This document shows positions 54,564 through 64,000 of a stretch of 64,000 nt of DNA, one piece after another. The stretch comes from Lingula anatina (taxonomy: Eukaryota > Animalia > Brachiopoda): NCBI GenBank assembly GCA_051362555.1, contig CM120641.1, forward strand, positions 10,726,001-10,790,000. The letters are read 5' to 3'. The notes under the pieces were generated by a model. It saw only the letters and a list, made by a program, of their open reading frames with translations, had not been told where the DNA came from and did not search any database. Every line of letters starts with the position of its first letter. Positions within the stretch are counted from its first letter, which is position 1. A program made the translations under genes and the position numbers.

Positions 54564-57500
54564 CCAGTTGTTGTCCACTCAGTTCTCATTTTCAGCAAGC
54601 ATAAACAGTCTTAAAATACACATTTCTCTTCAATTATACACAGAATTTTAATTATTTTTTAATTTTAAAAAATATAACTAAATGGAAAGGAAATATACTC
54701 ACCTTCAGGCAATATTCTGAACTGCACAATGTATTTGGTGATTGGACTGTTACCATCAAATGGTTTTACCCACTGAATGTCAACACTCTTCTGATTGGTT
54801 GGGTTAATAGCCACTCTAATGATGGCAGGCTTGGTTGGTTTTTCTGTGGTAAGGAAAAAAATTGTCTGAATTTGCATTAATGATATTAAAAAAAATTATT
54901 CACTATCACCGACGTTAACATCAAGGTATCAAGTTTGATGCATCTTCTAACAGATAAACAACATTTCCATATGTGCAAATAATTAAATATAACCACAACA
55001 GTGAGCAGGCTCTCATCTGTAACATTCAGCTTGCCTACAAAACTTCATACTATTACAAAGATGACCAGGCTCTTACCTATAACAGTCAGCTGAGCTGTTC
55101 TGCTGTCATTTCCACCTTTTGATGTCACTACACATTCATAAGTGCCGATATCCACCTGGTTCACCGCCATGATGATCAGGCTCCCATCATTCGCTACCTG
55201 AAACCTTGGATCAGAGCCAATGAGACTCCTCTGATTGTTGATGTGCATGTACCAGGTGACAGAGATAGCTACCAGTGGATCGTGTACGACTCCACACTGA
55301 AATGTGGCGGTGGTTCCGAGAACTGCAGCCGCGTCTTGAGGGGGCTGGGTGATTTGGGTGCGAACTGGAAATAAACAAATATGAGAATAATTGATTGTTT
55401 TAAACTAACTGATTAAAGGAAAACATGCTAAAAACATTATTATTAGAAAACATAGAAATAACAAAAAATGTCAATGATTAATAGGAATTGCATTGGAAGA
55501 TAATTTGCAAGAAAAAACCATAGAAAATGGAAATTCAGGAGATTGGACTTGTGTTGCCTTCAGTGCCCAATTCAATTAATTTCCTGAAGAGCTAGATTAC
55601 TTAATTTAGTTTTGTGCCATTCAAATGAAATTACATGGAAATTATCTATTTGTATGCATTTAATAAGAGCCACTGTGTTAATCTTGAAGTGAGTTATGTG
55701 TCACATCTAATCAACAGCTTGAATTATTACTGAAGTAAGTACTTTTTACTGAATTCTTCTGACAAAAGTTTGAATCTTCCCACAGAATACCCTGTAATAT
55801 TCCATTCTATGTTCTCAATCTTATCCGATATAATAACAACTCAGTTTTAATACAGCTCAACATGACATCTTTTTTTTCATATAAAATGGAACATTTACAA
55901 CTGTCAGGCAGCATGTCTGTCTTTCACTTTCTCATGTCCATTAAACCATTACAACACGTGCTGCCTGTCTACACAGAGCAATTGAAATGCATTTGAACAG
56001 ATGATGACAGCAGCAGCTTGGCAGGCTGATATCTGTTGAGAATGAAAACAGACATGTGCACACTGCAGGACTGGCAGGGACTCACTTTGTTTTCACACTC
56101 AACATCCATCCTTAGCTCTACTTATGCATCACTTTTCAAAGAAAGCATAACCTTATCATTACCATGAATAGATAGAGCATTTAGATCAAGATCTTTGGAA
56201 AATTCTGACAAATCATTTAAGTGATTGACTTTTTGATTAATTTAGGAATAACAGAAGGCAGAAAGTATGGATATTTTACCTTTTCTCCCCATGCTTATTA
56301 ATCAGTTATTTCTCAAATTAATGTAGAGATGTAAAGAGATCCCATTAACAAAGCTTCAAAAGCATCTTACTTACTTGTAACAGTAAGGTATGCAGACGCA
56401 CTAGCTGACCCTACAGAATTATAGGCCCAGCATACATAGGTCCCCGTATCACTACTTTCAGAGGAAGCAATAAGCAATTCTCTCTCCAAGACTTGGTACC
56501 TTCCAGAGGTGGTGAGATTTTGTTCTGTGCCATCATCCAGTACTGAAAAGACATGAAGACAGATATAACAATTACCTACTATGGAAGAGATATTTGGATT
56601 AACGATGTTTGAATGAACAAAATTTGTATTTTTTACATTGTTTTTATTTACAAAGAGTTTAAACCTTAGTGGGTAAAAAACATGAGGTAAAAATAAACCA
56701 AAACTCAGTATGTAATTGCTGTTAACTTATAAAACATCATGCTGTTTTCTTAAAAACTCAAAATGATATTATGTAAATAAAAAAGATTATGAATAACAAG
56801 TCCTAATGTCATGTATTGTTTTCCAAATAGAATATATGGAGAATCGCTTAAACATTAGACAAATATTTGGCATTTCAAGTGCTGATAAAAAGTACCACAA
56901 TGTCAGATAGGTTGAGATTGTAGATAAAGACAGACTATGACCTTATGCACTCAGCAGACAACAAATAAAAAGACAACATGAGAAGCTCCCCATTTCATAT
57001 CTGATATATATGAGGAGTTTTATTTTTTTAATTATCATAAAAATAACCAGTTTTCATATCTTGTGACTTAATATAATTAGAAATCTGCATGATAAAAGTC
57101 CATTTTATTACTCAAAACAATAAGCTTAAGAGAAAACTAGGTCTGAAAGATAGTTTAAGTGTTTTTTATATTTAATGAATGAAGTCCAGATAAAAAATCC
57201 CTAGAAATTTAAAGCATTTTCTTATGATTATCATTTAAACCTCATGTTGACTTTGATAAATGCTCTTATGAGCAGGAGGGACTTTAAGTATTGCATTAAG
57301 TAGGTCAATATTGAAGCGGGTACAGGCTTTCAGTGCTATATAAATGCAGATTAATTTTTTCTACTTTTTTGAATGCCAGTTTTTAACCAAATGTATAGTT
57401 TTGCAGCAAGATTTGCAATTTTCAGCATGATTAGCCAAGACAGCAGACAATTAGCTCTTATAATTTGCCTTCTGTGAACCCTTTTAACTTGTCAATGGCC

Positions 57501-60500
57501 AACAGTTCATGACAAATCTAAGACAGTCTCCCAGGATATCATATTCCAATAATTTGTATCCAAATAAATTCTTCTCTGTGCTTATTAAGCATGTATACTT
57601 TCAATCAAGTTCAACAAAATGCTGGGACCAACTTCTTCTGAATATTCAATTCTCTTTGGAAAAACTAAAACATCTCTACCCAACATTGAATCAAATCTGA
57701 TTCACTGCCCAGTTAGGAAGAACAAGCACAAAGAGACTCAGTCTGTTTATTTTCCACTATAGCAAGTAACAAAGTATGAGTATTCCAAGTTTGGATTCTA
57801 TTCATGCTGCTAACACCTGATCTGCCACTCAAATGCATGGTGAAACTGGACTTAATTGAATCACACTAAAGACCACATCAGTGATGACAGACACTAAAGA
57901 AATTGTTGAGACAGAAGCAAAAACATGGTAAAAAGATATATGACCAATGAAGTTTGACTGATACTTAGAAGAAAAAGCTATGTTTCATTGTCAGCCATTC
58001 CTCAGCTTCCAAATTATCTTTTGAATATAACATTTCTTTTTTGGCCCGAGTAAATTATCCATATACTTTTAAAATGTTTTCTTTGGTTAAAATGGCATGC
58101 TTAGCAATTTCAATGAATAACTTGAAATCTTAAAGTTTGAAGGATAAAAAAGATATTTTAATTTGTGGTTAGACCCAAAAATTGAACAAAAAGATCAGGA
58201 AATATTCCTCCTCTCATGAATAAAAACAAAAAACTCTGTGAAATAATATATTGCCTATGTGCATTTTTTCTGAGTCACACATTCTAGCACGAAACTTTAT
58301 GATTTGACCTTTTCATGTCAAACATTACAACCTTTGCTCTTCATCAAAAAAGTATCAGAGGCTTCAGAACACATACACACACTGGGCTTAGTTTTTGGCT
58401 GGATTAACACACATAACTAGCTTCTTTGCCAATCAGTAATGTGTAAATATAAGAGGGCTGAGAGAGACCTTTAGCAATATTCTTTAAAACTGTTGGGAAG
58501 TGCACTTCAAAGCTGGCCACATATGGAGAACAAAAAGTAGGATCTGTGGGAGAGCTAAGTTTCCAGCAAATTGGGCAATCTCTTCTATAGATTGAAGAAG
58601 TAGCAACAAGGGATATACCTCTGAACATTTCCAAAATAACCCACTATGCAAAATCTTTGTTCGTCAGTAAGATAACAGGGAAACTATCTGCTGAGCTCCA
58701 TTTTAGCAAAAGCATCAAAAGTGAACCCGAGTCTGACAGACACATGACATTTACTGCCCCCATGTATCAGATATTACACCTGCTAATGTTCCCTTGGGCA
58801 TGTTCTCCAGGCCAACATGTTGTTCTCAATTAACAAGAATAACTTCACATAAGAACAATGAGCTCTGCACTCAGAACATTGTAGGCACACCTGGCTACCA
58901 CTGCTAACATGTGAGCTAAACACAATATATCACACTGTCAGTACCTTTCATATTGAGAAAAGTAAGATGTTTTCAACCTACAAAGCCAATAAAGAAATTG
59001 CTAATTGCAATACAGAAGAGAATCGACCATGATCACACAGAGAAGAAAAGAACAGTCAAATTAGAAATTATGGCATATTTAATATCTTTTTAGACTACAC
59101 TGATAACACATCACCAGCATCTTATTCTTGTGAAAAGAATTGCTAGAACTATGTATTGTGTAACTCCATGATCTTACAAGTCTGACACGCTATGATAAAT
59201 GAATACCTTTCAAGAGGCACTGAACTCATCAATCCAGCTGCCTTGAAACAGGATGTATTCAAGCAAGATAAATTCTTTTTACTGCATCAATCTTTAATCA
59301 TACTATTTTCTGGGTGGTGGGGGGGTGGTGGTGGAGAGGTGGAGAAGAGGCATTAAGGACAATAAAAAAAATTCAACATACAATTTCAGGTCTCAACACA
59401 ATGAGTTAAATAATAATATTTAATATTTGCAGAATATGTAATAATAAAGACATAAATACTCAAAAATAATGATAAAAAAATAAAAACAAAAAAGCAAAAA
59501 TAAAAAACCTGAACTAAGCTTACTTAAGCATACTTCCCCAAAAAACTAGGAAACTTTTTTAAAAAATTCAATATTTGCTTACCATAAAAATTACAACTAA
59601 AACCAAAAATTAGAAATATTTGTGCTTCAATAGTAAAAGATATCACTTCTGCAGATATAACAGTGAAAAAAAATTCACACCTAGTCTAGGAAACAGAAGA
59701 TGGAAATTTCATTTAAAATGAACAGATGTATCTTTCAGCTAAAAAAAAAAAAAACCTTCCCCTAAAAGAAAACAATTACTTTACCTTTTGTCCAGTGAAC
59801 AGATGGTTTGGGGGCTCCATTGGCTTCACATGGGAACCGTGCATCTTGGCCCTCCACAATGGAGATATTCCTTGGACTCCTCACAAAAACTGGCGCAGAA
59901 CCTAGGCACGGGATCATTAGCATGGAATTAATGGCTAATACAAGTAACAAAAGTCTGCTCATACCTTATTCTTTGCTGTATTAGAACAATTATGTATAAT
60001 AATGTGTGCTGTTGGTTCTAATCTCCCTTGCTTCTGAAATATCATTCAAAGTGTATGATAGTTTACACCCATACTTAGGGGTTAAACCACAACTATCAGC
60101 TATGTTTCCAATGATCAAATTGAATTCCTCTGCAATGAACTAGTCTTTGAGCAGAGCCCCTGCATTAGATTTCCTAATCAATCTACACAATAAAGCCGAG
60201 AGATGAACTTCTATATGACTGTGCACGCATAAATATGATAACCAATTTGTTCAGCATGAATTCCAACTGGCAAGATGTCTTTCTAAATTAGCCACATCAA
60301 TTCAATTGATTTTCATCTGAAAACTCAAGGGATTACTTTTTTTTGTCAAATTACAGGTGTATTGATGGTGCATAAACACAGCTTATCTCAAAACTTAATG
60401 CAAAGCACTGTGCAGGTGAATATGATCCTGTCAGCATTTCTGTAGATTTTTTTTTTTACCTGAACAGGTGATTGTAGCAAAGAGATGTAATTCCTCCACT

Positions 60501-63500
60501 TAACACTTATCCTTTTGAATTGCCCCTAACCATGGTAAAGAGTTATAACAGCTGTTCTGTAACCAATCTACAGAAGTATTCAGCAGAATTGTATACACTT
60601 ACTGTACTGTGGCTTATGATGTAAAAAACATTTCTTCCCCATTTAGTATCTTTGTTGAAGCAAGACTATATATTTTTACATCCTTTGTACAATTGCCTCA
60701 TTGCATAATAGTTTGACTTCAAATATTTTCAATGGTGTGCAGTTTGAAGAAATTAACGAAGCATTAAAATAATACTGTGCCTAAAAAACACCTACAAGTA
60801 AATGGCAATGATAAATACATAACATGGCTAACGTTAATATTGCTATTACACAAAGATGGCAACAGTTTAATCATAGATTGTACTCTATACAGTGCCAATT
60901 TCCCTTTCAATAAATTACACGTCAACCTAAAATGGTCCTTATCTAGAGCTCCTCTGCAAACAACGTGGATGCCAAAGTTGCCAAAAGATAACAGACGCTT
61001 TTCAAACAATGCCAAAACTTCCAATGCTGTATATACTGTAATATCTTTGACATCTAAATACACCAAACATTTGCAATAAAAACATGAAACTTTGGCACTA
61101 AAAGAGGATTAAGATATCAGAAGTGGGGTTTGAGTAATACGCTGAATCAACCTAACCCAGTTTAACCCACCTCAGACAGCAAATATTTAAGCACTAAACT
61201 TACCTGGATTACAATAGAAATAGATAAGACATAAAAGGGACTGTATTTTCTGTCTTTTGCATTTTATCAAAATGAGTTATCTGTTCAGTTGGGTCATTCA
61301 AGATAGGGGGACCCAATTTGTCTGGAATCGTGACTTAAATCCTTCCTAAACTTCATGACGTAAGTGCTACACAAACATTCACAAATTTTCTTTTAATTTC
61401 TCTTCCTACATAACAATCTATATTCAAACAAACTTACTTTGAACCTGCAGCCAAACTGCAAAGTTGATGGAATTGGCCATGTTAGATGCAAAACACTGAA
61501 ACATCCCTGCATCATCTGGATCCAAGCCATTGATCTTCAGTGATCCAGATGCCTGAGGCTCAAACCTAAAATCAAGAAAAGATAAGTGACACACTGTCTT
61601 GACAGAAAGTTGAAACTTTTTCACAAAAAGTAAATGTGTTAATACTACGACTTCAAACACAAACAGACTAGGTGATCTTTTCTATTTAGCAAAGTTTCTA
61701 ATAAAAGAAAAACATTTAGAAAAAATTAAAAATTAAGAGAATATATCTTTTTTGTAAATATGCATCAGCATTGGCAGACGTTTTTAAGACAGAATGTTCA
61801 TTGACAAACAACTTGCTCATATGTAAACATCAAGTGAGATAAGTGACCTATTTGTGAGATGATGTACCTTGGATTATTCAGAGTCTGTATGTCAACTCCA
61901 TTCTTGTACCAAGACAGAGTTGCCCCTGAATTACCAGTGTAGTTGCACAGAATGTAAACAGTCTCACCAAAATCTTTAGATAGGACTGAGGGAGAAAGGT
62001 TACCAAATCTCAGCAAGCCTGAAAAAAAAATGCATATGACACCTGCTCATTATGTACTGTTATAAATAAATAAATAAATAATCATGCATAGTTCAGTACA
62101 ATGCAGACAATATTTACATGATGCACCACAACTTTTTACCCCTCAAATCAATTGATAATAAAGACTGTTGAACTTTTCTGTGGTAGATAAACAGTTATAT
62201 TGCTTATCCAACAGACAGCATGCTCAGTCTGCTGTTGTCTTGGATCAAAATCACAATACCAACAAGTAGCAGTGTTTCTTGGAAATGCCACAGAGTGCAC
62301 AAGCCCCTGATGCTAAAAGCCATCATTTGCAGCAATTTTAACAACCTTTTGACCTTATCTAAGTAGCCATCACTTGACTGCTTTTTTATATAATCTCTCT
62401 GATGTCCAACCCACCACTCAAGGTGTATAACACAACTCTTGCATTATTGAGAGATGACATGGGTGTGACATGGTGTGTGGGGGTGGGGGTGGGGTGCCAC
62501 CTGAAGATTGGACTAAAAAGATTTTGTAACAACTAGTCACAGTTCATCATTAACCACAAGATACATCTCACGTGATAAAACTTCACAGTGGATACTGTGT
62601 ATCTAAGTTAACACAAACAGTTCTACTTATGACCACAATATTTTAGATTTAGGTAAAAGGAAAGTTAATACTTATCTCCAAAAAAATCAGTAGAATAAAA
62701 GCTTTTCGACAATACTAAATATTAATGAACAAAAGAAAACCATGCCTTCAGTTCAGTAGGCCAGAATAGCTAACCAAATCCAGAACCCCAGACAGCTTAA
62801 AATGAGATGTAAAATCATAGCAAAATAAAGGTCCCTTTGTAGTCTGGTGATGCAAGTTGCACTTTTCCACTGAAGATAGTCCACTTCCGGGTGTGGTAAT
62901 AATGTCTAACCCAGGATACATACCAAGTACAGTAACTGTGGCCTCAGCCTGAGCTGTAGGGTGGGTCTGTCCTGGCTCACTAAGCACTGCCTCACACTGG
63001 TACACCCCCGCATCCTGAGTGGTCGGATTGAAGATGGTCAGAGTCCTGTTGTTGTACTGCAGAATGTTCCTATTATTGTCATGATTGATTGCTGTCCTCT
63101 GATTACCATTCTTTCTGAACCACAGGGTAGTCAAATAATTTCTGGGTCTGAAGACAAAAGGGAAATTAAGAGAAAAAAGCAAACCTATGTAATGTTTACA
63201 TAATACTAAACTACAAGGTGCCACAAAATACTCACTTGGAAGTATCTTTAACCCCAGCTGAAAAGTGGTGGCAATTTTTATTCTCGGCAAATTAATGTAA
63301 AAGAAAATTGAGGTTCCTTATTATCAAAAAAGTGCACCAAGGACCTCCAACATTTGCATATAATAATTATATCTTAAACTGTTAAATATTCAAGTAAACA
63401 TACTATCCACTTTTGATGAGAAAAGTGTGCCACAATTAAATTATGCTCATGAACAGGGGTTGATAAAGGGTAATTAAAAGCTTCTAGATGACATTCGTAA

Positions 63501-63676
63501 TATTTACTGGTCTTATATAGACTGTTAAGTAAACATTTATGGAATTTTACATATTGATATTTACTTTGCATTGGCCACACACTCCAATTTTATGGGGAGA
63601 CTTGTTCCTTCAGCTACTGTTACATCTTCTGGGGGTACAACAATCTCTGGTGAAATAGAGGATCGGTCATTGGTGC
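41026..63676 (-). CDS. sdk: Sidekick cell-adhesion molecule, partial (4 of 6 Ig domains, 13 FN3, TM, cytoplasmic tail); 5' part lies beyond the window
   Basis: Exons 5'->3': 63676-63565, 63147-62924, 62018-61868, 61565-61438, 59901-59785, 56542-56375, 55364-55077, 54843-54703, 54405-54208, 53989-53345, 53089-52991, 52857-52666, 52402-52011, 51710-51479, 51240-51125, 50705-50516, 50298-50097, 49942-49857, 49615-49417, 49210-49107, 48958-48888, [48523-48295 or 47819-47588], 46950-46835, 46569-46383, 46157-46038, 45860-45699, 45511-45383, 45200-44901, 44524-44356, 43292-43166, 41298-41026. Diagnostic YEQWWFLVIVAL TM, SPPRPSPASVTYSDE, YVNDPVRQSWKRQ and the PDZ-binding end GSRAPLPGFSSFV. Confidence 0.96.
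47588..47819 (-). CDS. sdk: Sidekick alternative exon B (canonical-type C-terminal part of FN3 domain 10)
   Basis: 232 nt, phase 0 to 1: PPPRELWNTNGDLVGYKIKYRQ...YEFRILAYNSIGDGVLSKPETRFVGEA. It ends in FVGEA, as recalled for other sidekicks. Confidence 0.88.
48295..48523 (-). CDS. sdk: Sidekick alternative exon A (variant C-terminal part of FN3 domain 10)
   Basis: 229 nt, phase 0 to 1, open frame: PPRFDLWNGILQGYVIQYRKY...YEFRLAATNALGQGPWSPSQIVYMEI. Canonical AG and GT ends. Confidence 0.8.
54480..54558 (+). repeat. (TACG)n plus (CA)n compound microsatellite in a sidekick intron
   Basis: Seen directly. Confidence 0.95.
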
Positions 63677-64000
63677 CTTGAAGAAAAAATATTGTTTTAG
63701 AACCATGAATTTAACAAGGTAATATACAAAATACTATTTGCAATATGCAACTTATGAGTTCTTGCACACATTCAGAAACATACACAGATTCATACATGCA
63801 CAAAAACACTTGCTGAGCATTTGGGAATAAACACTTGCATTTCTGGAAAACAATATTTCTTTCACTTTGCCTTCTGGAGAATACCTATCAGCTGTGTGCA
63901 TTTATCAAGCCCTCACAAACCTGCAGGGTATAATAACAAACAGCACATGGCACCTCTTAAACCAAATTTGATCCAGTTAAAGAAACTCCCTCTTGGCTAA

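Noticed and set aside
54199-54651. ORFs with CV/HT, poly-F or poly-I runs (also 14076-14406, 24705-24952, 39367-39576)
   Set aside because: They are translations of microsatellites or homopolymers.
41026-63676. Dscam assignment for the Ig/FN3 gene
   Set aside because: Thirteen consecutive FN3 domains and the GFSSFV terminus identify sidekick. No large arrays of variable Ig exons were seen in the window.

Overview
AT-rich, intron-rich animal genomic DNA with GT-AG introns, probably a lophotrochozoan invertebrate (inferred from gene and repeat types). The ORF track mostly shows exon fragments, so gene models were built by hand from splice sites and exon phases. In order, the window holds: a LINE 3' remnant and the terminal exon of an unidentified gene; a candidate short-exon antisense transcript with a structured intronic element; YIF1 (+); an 864-aa orphan coiled-coil/disordered protein (-); a secreted, probably GPI-anchored LRR protein (+); a highly divergent ZSWIM4/5/6/8-family protein (+); a two-TM PY-motif protein (-) head-to-head with WBP2 (+); a repeat block; and most of sidekick (-, Ig3 to stop, 5' end beyond the window). 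The strongest novel signal is a pair of phase-locked, apparently mutually exclusive exons encoding alternative versions of sidekick FN3 domain 10, flanked by UGCAUG motifs. No prokaryotic features, CRISPR, rRNA or tRNA were seen.
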